DNA of 64,000 nucleotides from an uncultured Alphaproteobacteria bacterium (lineage in GTDB: Bacteria; Pseudomonadota; Alphaproteobacteria; Rhizobiales; Xanthobacteraceae), in contig CAVZQH010000004.1 of the NCBI GenBank assembly GCA_963777375.1, positions 65,785 to 129,784 on the forward strand, given 5' to 3'. Every line of letters starts with the position of its first letter. The stretch's first letter is position 1. Shown in pieces: positions 19,606 through 31,259 of the stretch. The position numbers were made by a program, and so were the translations under genes. The notes below the pieces were generated by a model. The model searched no databases, had not been told where the DNA came from, and worked only from the letters and a program-made list of their open reading frames with translations.

Positions 19606-20531
19606 GCCGCCTCGGCCTGTTCGGCGACCAGCGCGAGGAAGGTGTCTTCGAGACTTGCGCCGCCGGCGCCGCCGTTCACGTTCTTGCCGGCCCGCTGGCG
19701 GAGTTCTTCGAGCGTGCCCTCGGCGATGAGCCTGCCGTGCGCGATGACGCCGATGCGGTCGGCCATGCGTTCGGCGACTTCCAGAATATGCGTCGTCATG
19801 ATGATGGTGCCGCCGGCGTTGACGCGCTCGCGCAGCACGCTCTTGACTTGGCGCGCCGAGCCGGCGTCGAGGCCGGTAAGCGGTTCGTCGAGGATAATCA
19901 GGCGCGGGTCGTGCACCAGCGCGCCGGCAAGCGCCACTTTCTGCCGCATACCCTTGGAGAAGCCCTCGCAGCGCTCGTTCGCGTGCGGCGCAAGGTCGAG
20001 CCAAACGAGCAGCTCATGGGCGCGCCTCTCCGCGAGCGCCGGCTCGATGCCCCACAAGCCGGCGATGAATTCGAGATATTCGCATGGCGTGAGCTTGTCG
20101 TAGATCATCGGCTCGTCGGAAATCCACGCCATCACCCGCTTTGCCGCCACTGGATCGGCCAGCGCGTCGATGCCCTCGACACGGATCGTGCCGGCATCCG
20201 GGCGCAGCAGGCCGGCGACCATGCGCAACGTCGTGGTCTTGCCGGCGCCGTTCGGACCGAGCAGCGCATAAAACTCGCCGGCGCGCACGCTGAGGTCGAG
20301 GCCATCGACGGCGGGCCGATCGAAGCGCTTGACGAGACCGTGGATATCGAGAGCGAACGGCGTGAATGGAATCACTGTTTGCGATCCGTCATGTTCAGTT
20401 GCGAGCCAACGGGGCTTCGCCGGCCCGATGGTAAACTCCGCGAGCGTCAAAGCGTGACGGGAACCGATGCTAGCCGGCAGAGGTTTCGCTCTCGTGAATT
20501 CGGCAGCCGCGATTTTGCGGTTTGCTGTCAA
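19602..20531 (-). CDS. ABC transporter ATP-binding protein
   Basis: Walker A GPNGAGKTT, signature FSKGMRQK, Walker B LIILDEP. The start is uncertain: TTG 20531 overlaps the AKR stop, and GTG 20375 is an alternative. Confidence 0.85.
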   Translation of the reverse strand: MTANRKIAAAEFTRAKPLPASIGSRHALTLAEFTIGPAKPRWLATEHDGSQTVIPFTPFALDIHGLVKRFDRPAVDGLDLSVRAGEFYALLGPNGAGKTTTLRMVAGLLRPDAGTIRVEGIDALADPVAAKRVMAWISDEPMIYDKLTPCEYLEFIAGLWGIEPALAERRAHELLVWLDLAPHANERCEGFSKGMRQKVALAGALVHDPRLIILDEPLTGLDAGSARQVKSVLRERVNAGGTIIMTTHILEVAERMADRIGVIAHGRLIAEGTLEELRQRAGKNVNGGAGGASLEDTFLALVAEQAEAA

Positions 20532-21468
20532 AGAGTTATGCGGTCGATCTCGGCGAGATCGGCGGCCGACAGGGCCCAGCCGGCGGCGGCGATGTTCTGC
20601 GCCACCTGCTCCGGTGTGGTGACGCCGGCGATTATGCTGGCGACGGTCGGCCGGCTTGCCAGCCAGCTCATCGCCAGTTCGAGCAGCGTGTGCCCGCGTT
20701 CTGCCGCGAACTGGCCGAGCGCATCGACGATGCGCCAGTTGCGCGCATTGAGGAACTGGCCGGCATGGCTCGCGTTCTTGGCGAGCCGTGAGCCGGCCGG
20801 CAGCGGCGCGCTGCTTTTGTATTTGCCGGTCAACAAACCGCTCGCGAGCGGAAAATACGGCAACAGGCCCAGGCCATGCTTGCGCATGACGGCAATGCGG
20901 TCTTTTTCAAGATCGCGTTTGAGCAGGCTGTATTCGTCCTGGCAGCAGACAAAGGACGCGAGGCCGTGCTGCGGCGCGACGGTCTGTGCCTCTTCGAGTT
21001 GCGCGGCGGAGAGATTGGAGCAGCCGATGGCGCGGACTTTTCCCGCCTTCACCAGATCGTCGAGCGCGCGCAGCGTCTCTTCGATCGGCGTCTGCGGATC
21101 GGGCCGATGCAACTGATAAAGATCGATCCAATCGGTCTTGAGCCGCCGCAAGCTCGCTGCGATCGCCTGCATGATGTAGCGCCGCGACGCGCCTTTGAGC
21201 TTGCCGGCATCGTCCATCTGCATGCCGAACTTGGTCGCCAGCACGATGTCCTTGCGCCGCGGTCCGAGGATTTGGCCCAAAACCTCTTCCGATCCGCCTT
21301 TGTTGCCATAGGTGTCGGAGGTGTCGATCAGCGTGATGCCGAGATCGAGCGCCTTGTTCACGACGTGGCGCGATGCTGCGAAATCGATCCGGCCGCCGAG
21401 GTTGTTGGTGCCGATGCCGATCAGCGAGACCTCGGGCCCCGCTGCGCCGAGCCTGCGCTTTTCCACGC

Positions 21469-21472
<4 letters not shown>
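20528..21472 (-). CDS. Aldo/keto reductase
   Basis: Intact 314 aa. LIDTSDTYGNKGGSEEVLG...LATKFG...IDLYQLHRPD are AKR signatures. Confidence 0.9.
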
Positions 21473-23761
<2,289 letters not shown>

Positions 23762-24037
23762 ACAAATCCTTTTTGATAAGTTCCCCTCGAACCCTTCGCC
23801 GCTCGCGGCCGAGGCTAGGGAGAGGGATGGCGGGGTCCGAGGAACCTTGGATGCGAACCTTAGCGAATGCGGCGCCATGTGCTCAAGAGAGCGACAACAG
23901 GTTCAAGTCCTCGACGTCTGCAACGCAGCGGTGCAAAAACGGGCCGCGCCCTCGCCGCATTGAACAAGCCGACGCGGGGGAGTAATCCGGGGCTCTGAAT
24001 TCCCAATCCGCAGCCTGCCGGACCCCCGAAGACCCCA

Positions 24038-24355
24038 ATGATCAGATTCCTGCTTCGCTTCATCGGCCTCTGCTTGCTTGCCACCGCCTTTGTCTTCCTC
24101 GTCTATGACGGCACCAAATCCATCGCTAACCAGCAATTCATCTACGTGAAGGTCGGCGACGTATGGGCCATCATCGATCAGAACAGCCTCAATCTGGTGC
24201 AGGACTGGTTGAAGCAGAAGGCGCTTTGGGCCTGGGAACCGTACATGCGGACAGCTTTCGACCTGCCGACCTGGATTGTGGTCGGCGTCGTTGCGATGAT
24301 CTTGATCTTGCTCGGCCGCAAGAAAAAGCCGCTGATCGGTTACGCGCGGGATTGA
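24038..24355 (+). CDS. Small membrane protein (2 TM), hypothetical
   Basis: 105-aa ORF MIRFLLRFIGLCLLATAFVFLVYDG...PTWIVVGVVAMILILLGRKKKP, just upstream of the GMC oxidoreductase. Confidence 0.6.
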   Translation: MIRFLLRFIGLCLLATAFVFLVYDGTKSIANQQFIYVKVGDVWAIIDQNSLNLVQDWLKQKALWAWEPYMRTAFDLPTWIVVGVVAMILILLGRKKKPLIGYARD

Positions 24356-24397
24356 GCGGGGCGGCAAGCGCCGGGTGCAAGTTGTAGAGGAAGTGAA

Positions 24398-26020
24398 ATG
24401 CCAGCCAACGGATACGATTACATTATCGTCGGCGCTGGCTCCGCTGGCTGCGTGCTGGCCAACCGGCTGAGCGAGGATGCGGGCGCGAACGTGCTGCTCA
24501 TTGAGGCCGGCGGCCGCGACTGGCACCCTTACATCCATATTCCGCTCGGCATGGGCCGGATGCACGAGTACGGCATGTTCGACTGGGGCTATCAGACCGA
24601 TCCCGAGCCGAACCTCAACAACCGGCGTATCGAGGCGATGCGCGGCAAGGTTTTGGGCGGCTCCTCCTCCATCAACGTCATGGCCTATACGCGCGGCAAT
24701 CGCGGCGACTACGACCGCTGGGCGCAGAAAGGCGCGCGCGGCTGGTCCTATGCCGACGTCGTGCCCTATTTCCAGCGCTGCGAAACCTGGCAGGGCGGCG
24801 CTGATTCCTGGCGCGGCGGCAGCGGACCGCTCGGTACTGAATTCGCCAAGACCCAAGACCCGCTCTACGAGGCCTGGATCGCGGCCGGCAAAGCGTCCGG
24901 TTATCCGTTCAACCCGGACTATAACGGCAAGCAGCAGGAAGGTTTCGGCCGCAGCCAATACACCATCCGTGGCGGCCGGCGTTCGTCCTCTGCCAACGCT
25001 TTTCTCAAGCCGGCCAAAGGCCGCAAAAACCTCACCGTCGCGGTCAACGCGCATACGACGCGCGTGCTTCTTCAAGGCACGCGCGCAAGCGGTGTCGAAT
25101 ACGTCCAGAATGGCGCGACCGTGCGCATGGACGCAGCCCGCGAGGTCATCGTCGCAGCCGGCGCGTTCAATTCGCCACAGCTTTTGATGCTCTCGGGCAT
25201 CGGGCCGGCCGAGCATTTGCGCAGCTTCGGCATCAACGTGGCCGCCGATTTGCCGGTCGGCCGCAAACTCCAGGATCATCTCGGCGCCTATATGAGCTAC
25301 AGCCGGCCGCGTCCCGGCACCTTCCATCGCGAGATGCGCTTCGATCGCATGGCGATGAGCATGGTGCGCGCCTATTTGTTCGGCGCCGGGCCGGGGACCG
25401 TGGTGCCGGGCGGGCTGCATGCGTTCATCAAGACGCGGCCCGAACTTTCGGTGCCCGACATCGAGTTCATGTTCCGCGGCACGTCGGCGAGCCCGCATCT
25501 GTGGTTTCCGCTGGTTCGTCCGCCGTTTCTTGACGGTTTCGGTATCCGACCGACGCTGCTGCATCCCGACAGCCGCGGCGAGGTCTTGCTCGGCTCCGCC
25601 GATCCGCTCCAGCAACCGCGCATCGTCTATCGTTTTTTCACATCGCCGAATGACCTGCCGACGCTGCGCGAGGGCTTCAAGCGCGCGCGCGAGGTGGCGT
25701 TTCAGAAGCCGCTCGACCCATATCGCGGCGAAGAGATCGCACCGGGCCTGCAAGTGCAGAGCGACGCCGACATCGACGCCTGGCTCAAGAAGGTCGTCAT
25801 CACGGCGCATCACCCTTCGAGCACCTGCGCCATGGGTCCCGACGGTGTCGTCGACTCCGACCTCAGAGTGCGCGGCATCGAACGACTGCGGGTTTGCGAC
25901 GCATCGGCCATGCCCGATCTCGTCTCCGCCCACATCAATGCCTGCGTACTGATGATGGCCGAGAAAGCCGCCGATCTCATTCGCGGCAAGCCGCCGCTGC
26001 CGGCCGCGGAAGCGGCGTAG
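24398..26020 (+). CDS. GMC family oxidoreductase (choline/alcohol dehydrogenase-like)
   Basis: Intact 540 aa. DYIIVGAGSAGCVLANRLSED and GKVLGGSSSINVMAY are GMC signatures. The 840-aa antisense ORF 23903..26425 is an overprint. Confidence 0.9.
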   Translation: MPANGYDYIIVGAGSAGCVLANRLSEDAGANVLLIEAGGRDWHPYIHIPLGMGRMHEYGMFDWGYQTDPEPNLNNRRIEAMRGKVLGGSSSINVMAYTRGNRGDYDRWAQKGARGWSYADVVPYFQRCETWQGGADSWRGGSGPLGTEFAKTQDPLYEAWIAAGKASGYPFNPDYNGKQQEGFGRSQYTIRGGRRSSSANAFLKPAKGRKNLTVAVNAHTTRVLLQGTRASGVEYVQNGATVRMDAAREVIVAAGAFNSPQLLMLSGIGPAEHLRSFGINVAADLPVGRKLQDHLGAYMSYSRPRPGTFHREMRFDRMAMSMVRAYLFGAGPGTVVPGGLHAFIKTRPELSVPDIEFMFRGTSASPHLWFPLVRPPFLDGFGIRPTLLHPDSRGEVLLGSADPLQQPRIVYRFFTSPNDLPTLREGFKRAREVAFQKPLDPYRGEEIAPGLQVQSDADIDAWLKKVVITAHHPSSTCAMGPDGVVDSDLRVRGIERLRVCDASAMPDLVSAHINACVLMMAEKAADLIRGKPPLPAAEAA

Positions 26021-26115
26021 ACGCAACTTTCCGAGAAGCTCCTCTCCGGGCGCGGGGCGAGATGAAAAGAAATTCGCTCTCGCGACGCCTGCGCGCCCGA
26101 GCTTTGCCAAGATCT

Positions 26116-26202
26116 GTAGCCCAGATGAGCGTAGCGATATCCGGGGTCCATCAATCGGCTTTGAACGCCGCTCCCGGATGTCGCTGCGCCCATCCAAGCT
26201 AC
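26116..26202. repeat. REP-like imperfect inverted repeat
   Basis: GTAGCCCAGATGAGCGTAGCGATATCCGGGG pairs with the reverse complement of CTCCCGGATGTCGCTGCGCCCATCCAAGCTAC across a 24-nt spacer. Intergenic. Confidence 0.65.
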
Positions 26203-26628
26203 GAAAAGAGGGAGGCGGAACGCCGGCAGGCGCGTGTTTTATTGTCCGCGCCGCGCGGACGAATGTTGCCATTCGCGCGCTGCGGGCGCGGCGGCGCGCC
26301 ACAGACGGGTTTGCGCGAAAAACTTGCGCAAACCATCTGTATCGGCGCGCTCGCCTGTCGGCGTCCCACCGCGGCTCTCGCCAGGGGCTTTCGCCCCTTT
26401 CGCGGGTGCCGCACTCGCCCCACAATCAGGATCACATCCGGATGTGCCCCTCGATGAGCGAGATTCGTCGATAGTAACCGAAACGGAGACGATTGTCAAG
26501 AGTGTAGTCTCCGTAATAGGGACAGAAGGTTATGCGCGCGACTTGCGCGATATTGAGCGCAGACTTTTTGGCTATGGCGCGTTAGATAAGTCCCCACTTG
26601 GTGCAGCTTCTGCCACGGAGAATCGCTG

Positions 26629-27723
26629 GTGACGCCGCCTCGGCGCATTCCGATCTTTGACGGCCACAATGACGTGTTGTTGCGGCTGCACCGGCGAACC
26701 GGCGCGGACGCGACCACGATATTCCTTCACGGCGAGGACAAGGGCCAGCTTGATTTTCCCAAGGCACGTCAGGGCGGTTTTGCCGGCGGATTGTTCGCGA
26801 TCTTCGTGCCGTCGTCCGACCGGAAAAATGCCGCCAACGGCGAGCCGCCGTCCACACCGATCGGCAGCGATCCTGCGCCACCCGCGGTTGATGTGGAGGA
26901 GGCGCAGCGGACGGTCTTCGGCATGATGTCACTGCTGTTCCGTATCGAACGGGAGTCGGAGGGCCGCGTTCGGGTCTGCCGCAACGCCGCCGACATCGAA
27001 CGATGCCTGGATGACGGCGTGCTCGCGGCCGTCCTCCATATCGAAGGCGCCGAAGCGATCGACGCCAATTTCGAGCTGCTGGACGTATTGCATGCGGCGG
27101 GCCTTCGCTCGCTCGGGCCGGTTTGGAGCCGGCCGAATGCGTTCGGTCATGGAGTGCCGTTCCGCTGTTCGTCTTCGCCCGACACCGGGCCCGGATTGAC
27201 GGACCTCGGCAAGGCCCTGATCGGCGCCTGCAACCAGTTGCGGATTTTGATCGATCTGTCGCATCTCAACGAGCGCGGCTTCTGGGACGTGGCTGCGATC
27301 AGCACCGCGCCGCTTGTTGCTACGCATTCCAACGCGCATGCGATCAGCCCGCACTCGCGGAACCTGACCGACCGGCAACTAGCCGCAATCCGTGAGTCCG
27401 GAGGTTTGGTCGGGGTCAACTTCGCCACCAGCTTTCTTCGTGCCGATGGCCGCCGCGACAAAGACACCCCCCTCGAACTAATTATCGAGCATGCCGAGCA
27501 CCTGCTCAAACATCTCGGCGAAGACGGCGTCGGCTTCGGTTCCGATTTCGACGGCGCCCAGATGCCTTCCGATCTGGGAAATGCCGGTGGATTGCAAAAT
27601 CTGGTGCAGTTGATGCGCAGGCGCGGATTTGGCGAACCGTTGATCGAGAAGTTGTGCTTTCGGAATTGGCTGCGGATGTTGGCGCGGACCTGGGCAACAA
27701 CGGCAGAACCCGTAGCGAAATGA
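26629..27723 (+). CDS. Dipeptidase, peptidase family M19
   Basis: 364 aa, GTG start. IFDGHNDVLLRL, HIEGAEA and ATHSNAH motifs of membrane-dipeptidase-type enzymes. Confidence 0.85.
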   Translation: MTPPRRIPIFDGHNDVLLRLHRRTGADATTIFLHGEDKGQLDFPKARQGGFAGGLFAIFVPSSDRKNAANGEPPSTPIGSDPAPPAVDVEEAQRTVFGMMSLLFRIERESEGRVRVCRNAADIERCLDDGVLAAVLHIEGAEAIDANFELLDVLHAAGLRSLGPVWSRPNAFGHGVPFRCSSSPDTGPGLTDLGKALIGACNQLRILIDLSHLNERGFWDVAAISTAPLVATHSNAHAISPHSRNLTDRQLAAIRESGGLVGVNFATSFLRADGRRDKDTPLELIIEHAEHLLKHLGEDGVGFGSDFDGAQMPSDLGNAGGLQNLVQLMRRRGFGEPLIEKLCFRNWLRMLARTWATTAEPVAK

Positions 27724-28394
27724 ACCAAACCCACGATATCGTCTTTCTGTTCGACGTCGACAACACGCTCCTCGACAACGATCGCGTCCAGGCTCATCTG
27801 CGCGAGCACTTGGCCGATAATTATGGCGCCGCTGCCTGCGATAGATACTGGGACATCTTGCAAGAACTGGTCGGCGAGCTCGGATACACCGACTATTTGG
27901 GGGCGCTGGAACGATTCCGCATTGAGATGATGCACCGTCCGGACGTGCTGCGCATGTCGGGCTGGCTGGTCGATTATCCGTTTGCCGAGCGCCTCTATCC
28001 CGGCGCGCTGGACGTGGTGCGGCATGTCCAGCAGTGGGGGCCGGCGGTCATTCTGTCCGACGGCGATGCGGTGTTTCAGCCGCGCAAAATCGAGCGCTCC
28101 GGCCTTTGGCGGGCCGCCACCGATCGTGTGCTGATCTACATTCACAAGGAACGCGAGCTTGAATACGTCGAGCGTCTCTACCCTGCCAAGCACTACGTGC
28201 TGATCGACGACAAGTTGCGCATCCTCGACGCCGTGAAGACCATCTGGGGTCGGCGGGTCACCACGGTATTTCCGAAGCAGGGACATTACGCGCTGGACCC
28301 GGACATTTTGGCGAACTATCCGGTGGCGGATATCGAGCTTGCCAAGATTGGCGATCTGCTTGCTTTCGATCTGCCGGCCTTCGCTATCCGCTGA
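27720..28394 (+). CDS. HAD-superfamily hydrolase
   Basis: ATG 27720 overlaps the dipeptidase stop (ATGA). FLFDVDNTLLD is the DxDxT motif I. Confidence 0.75.
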   Translation: MNQTHDIVFLFDVDNTLLDNDRVQAHLREHLADNYGAAACDRYWDILQELVGELGYTDYLGALERFRIEMMHRPDVLRMSGWLVDYPFAERLYPGALDVVRHVQQWGPAVILSDGDAVFQPRKIERSGLWRAATDRVLIYIHKERELEYVERLYPAKHYVLIDDKLRILDAVKTIWGRRVTTVFPKQGHYALDPDILANYPVADIELAKIGDLLAFDLPAFAIR

Positions 28395-28486
28395 GGCGGT
28401 GGATTTCGCTATTCGACTTCCGTACGACGGCGCCATGGGATCGCGATGAACACAATCATCGTCGGAGCCCAAAAGGAAAAAGCCAG

Positions 28487-29113
28487 ATGTCCGAGACATC
28501 CGATCCACGGCTCTATCTTCCGCACGTCGTTCGCAACCGCGAGCCGATCCTCGATGAGCTCAGGCGCGTGCTGCCGGCGCAAGGGCTCGTGCTCGAAGTC
28601 GCCAGCGGCAGCGGCGAGCATGCCGTCCATTTTGCCAAGGGGCTGCCGGCGCTGGTCTGGCAGCCGACCGATGCCGATCCGCGATCGCTTGCCAGCATCG
28701 CCGCCCATCGCGCGGCAGCCGACGCGCCAAACCTCGCGGCGCCGCTGCGTCTCGATGTGACGGCGGCGCAGTGGCCGGTCGAGCGCGCCGACGCGCTGGT
28801 GTGCATCAACATGATTCACATTTCGCCGTGGGCAACCGGCGAAGGCCTCTTCGCCGGCGCCAAGCGCGTCTTGCGAAGCGGTAATGTGGTCTATCTTTAC
28901 GGCCCTTACCGGATCGACGGCTGCCACACCGCGCCAAGCAACCACGACTTCGACGCGCGGCTGCGGGCGCAAAACGCCCAATGGGGCGTGCGGGATCTCG
29001 CCGACGTAGTGGATTTGGCGGCCCGTCACGGGTTTGTCCTGGCCGAGACCGTGCCGATGCCAGCCAATAATCTCAGCGTGATTTTTCGCTGCGGGGTCGC
29101 CGCTGAAGAGTGA
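28487..29113 (+). CDS. DUF938-type class I SAM-dependent methyltransferase-like protein
   Basis: Intact 208 aa. VLEVASGSGEHAVHFA (GxGxG-like) and the overall pattern match what I recall for DUF938. Confidence 0.65.
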   Translation: MSETSDPRLYLPHVVRNREPILDELRRVLPAQGLVLEVASGSGEHAVHFAKGLPALVWQPTDADPRSLASIAAHRAAADAPNLAAPLRLDVTAAQWPVERADALVCINMIHISPWATGEGLFAGAKRVLRSGNVVYLYGPYRIDGCHTAPSNHDFDARLRAQNAQWGVRDLADVVDLAARHGFVLAETVPMPANNLSVIFRCGVAAEE

Positions 29114-29235
29114 TTGGCAGACTGTGAATTGTACCCGCGCCCAGGCTGGGCGGCGTGGAACGCAATCCGCTCCAAGCGAACGTTTTTCATCGCGCGGCGT
29201 TGTCTGCCCGATACTAACATTGGGCGAATTGCGTC

Positions 29236-29580
29236 ATGCGGCTCTTGCGGCATCTTCGTCGCCACATTGAACGCCTGGGTCCTTATCCCTCGCTGGTCCT
29301 GGTCGGGGTGCCCCTTGCGGTGGTCGAACCGCTCAAGCTGGCGACCGCGTTCATCGCCGGTAGCGGTCATTGGATCGGCGGTGCAGTTACGTTGATTGTC
29401 GCCTATGCGGTCAGCATCCTGATGGTGGAGCGGCTGTTCAAGATCGTGAAGCCGAAGCTGCTCACCTTGCGGTGGTTCGCGGCGGCGTGGAAATTGTTTG
29501 TGGCGGCCCGCGCCAAGACGTTTGGCTGGCTCGGCACAAAGCTCGCTTTACCCCGGCGCCTCGCGATCGAGCGGCATTGA
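29236..29580 (+). CDS. Small membrane protein, hypothetical
   Basis: 114 aa with two hydrophobic spans. Its 3' end overlaps the convergent kinase gene by about 30 nt. Confidence 0.45.
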   Translation: MRLLRHLRRHIERLGPYPSLVLVGVPLAVVEPLKLATAFIAGSGHWIGGAVTLIVAYAVSILMVERLFKIVKPKLLTLRWFAAAWKLFVAARAKTFGWLGTKLALPRRLAIERH

Positions 29581-30729
29581 GAACGTGAAACACGTCTCTT
29601 CAGGGGACGATCTCGCCTCGATTTTGCCGCCATGCGCACGCGCGATCTCGGATGCGATGTAGAGTCCGAGGCCGAGACCCTCCTGGTTGGGACGAACCGC
29701 GCCCCGCGAAAATGGCTGGAACAGGCGATCCATCGCGACGGCCGGGATCGGTGTGCCTTTGTTGCAGACGATCAGCTCGAAGCGGCCGTTGGTCTTCGCC
29801 GTCACACGCACCGGCTCGTTCTCGGCCCCGTAGGTCAAGGCATTACCGAGCAGATTCGAAAGCAGTTGGCCGATGCGGACGCGGTCGGCAACGACAGGAA
29901 GCGTCACCTGAAATTCGGCGTCGATGATCCGCTCGGGATGGATCGTTTGCAATTCGGCGACCACCTGTTTGAGAATAGGTTCCAGCGGCGTGGCCGAACG
30001 CGTCAGCGCCACTCCGGCACCGAGGCGGCCGCGCGCGAGGTCCAGCACGTCGTTGATGAGGGCGGACATGCGCGCGACGCTTTTGCTCATCATCGCGACG
30101 ATGGTGCGCGCCTTGTCGTTGAGCGGCGTCTTTTGCAGCAGTTCCGTGCCTGCTCCGATCGACGCCAGCGGGTTGCGCAGGTCGTGGCCGAGCACCGCGA
30201 TGAATTGTTCGCGCAGCTCCGCCGCAGTGCGGGCGTCGAGCAGGCTGGCTTCCGCCGTCGCCAGTCGCTGGCCGGTATCGAGATGGAAGGCGATCAAGTC
30301 GGCGAACAGCCTGAACATCCCGATCACGCCCGGGTTTTTCAGCGCGGCCGGTTTGGGGTCGATCGCGCACAGCGTGCCGAAAAAGCTGCCGTCTTTCAGA
30401 AAAATCGGCATCGAAATGTAGCTTTGGAAACCGTACAGTGCCGGCGCCGGATGGCCGCAATAAGCGACATCCTCCGCCACATGATCGATGACGACCGCGT
30501 CGCGGCCCTGGCGAACCTCGTGGCAGAGGGTTGTTTCGACCTTGAGCTCATCGCCGGGCTTGAGCCCGAAGTCGATTTCGTCATTGACCGCGAGGCAGAC
30601 CCAGCGGTCGGCGGTCACGCGCGCCACGGCCGCGAAGCCCATTCCGGTGACGCGGCAGACCACGTTGAGGATCGCCGCAATCGCGTCGATGTTCTCGATG
30701 GCCTCGGCGTCGGGCCGCAAGTCGCTCAT
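29548..30729 (-). CDS. GAF-domain sensor histidine kinase
   Basis: Start MSDLRPDAEAI (ATG 30729). N-terminal GAF-like region, H-box FIAVLGHDLRNPL, N/G boxes LLGNALTYG and GLGLGLYIASEIARAHGG. Confidence 0.85.
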   Translation of the reverse strand: MSDLRPDAEAIENIDAIAAILNVVCRVTGMGFAAVARVTADRWVCLAVNDEIDFGLKPGDELKVETTLCHEVRQGRDAVVIDHVAEDVAYCGHPAPALYGFQSYISMPIFLKDGSFFGTLCAIDPKPAALKNPGVIGMFRLFADLIAFHLDTGQRLATAEASLLDARTAAELREQFIAVLGHDLRNPLASIGAGTELLQKTPLNDKARTIVAMMSKSVARMSALINDVLDLARGRLGAGVALTRSATPLEPILKQVVAELQTIHPERIIDAEFQVTLPVVADRVRIGQLLSNLLGNALTYGAENEPVRVTAKTNGRFELIVCNKGTPIPAVAMDRLFQPFSRGAVRPNQEGLGLGLYIASEIARAHGGKIEARSSPEETCFTFSMPLDREAPG

Positions 30730-30792
30730 CGTTCGAAGAATCCACAAAGGGTTGGGAACTTAGCCGAACCAGCGGCGCTGCAAGAAGCCGGC

Positions 30793-31137
30793 CTACTGGA
30801 TCTGCCGAATGGCCGCGAGAATTTTATCGGGCGCATAGGGCTTCGGCACGAACTGGCTGTCCTTCGGCATCTCATCCCGTCTGGGGATACCTTTGCCGGT
30901 TGCGATAATGATCTTAATCGGGGGCCATCTGCCCTTGACCGCCGCCGCCAGCCTCAGACCGTCCATTGAGCCGGGCATGTTGATGTCGGTGATGACGATC
31001 CGGATATCGTTACGCGACTCCAGGACTGCAATAGCTTCATCAGCATTGGCGGTCGCAATCACCTGGTAGCCCGCCTCTTCGAGGACTTCGCTCAGGTACG
31101 CGCTGACGAGAAGTTCGTCTTCCACTGTAAGGATCAT
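30793..31137 (-). CDS. Single-domain response regulator (receiver only)
   Basis: 114 aa. ILTVEDE...VITDINMPGSMDG...PKPY is the CheY-like receiver pattern. No output domain. Confidence 0.85.
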   Translation of the reverse strand: MILTVEDELLVSAYLSEVLEEAGYQVIATANADEAIAVLESRNDIRIVITDINMPGSMDGLRLAAAVKGRWPPIKIIIATGKGIPRRDEMPKDSQFVPKPYAPDKILAAIRQIQ

Positions 31138-31259
31138 GGCCGTACCAATCTACGCATCTGAGGCAACAGCCGTGCAATTTATTCGTTCCGTGCAAATGGT
31201 TAGATTGGCGCCGCGTTCCCGGCGGAGGCCCCCCGAATTCCTGGCGTCGAGGTCCACCC

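Noticed and set aside
23903-26425. 840-aa ORF on the minus strand, the longest in the track
   Set aside because: It lies antisense to the well-supported GMC oxidoreductase. Its translation is Arg/Ala/Gly-rich with no motifs, which is a typical high-GC antisense overprint.
27147-28508. 453-aa minus-strand ORF
   Set aside because: Antisense to the dipeptidase and HAD genes, which have clear catalytic motifs. Low-complexity composition.
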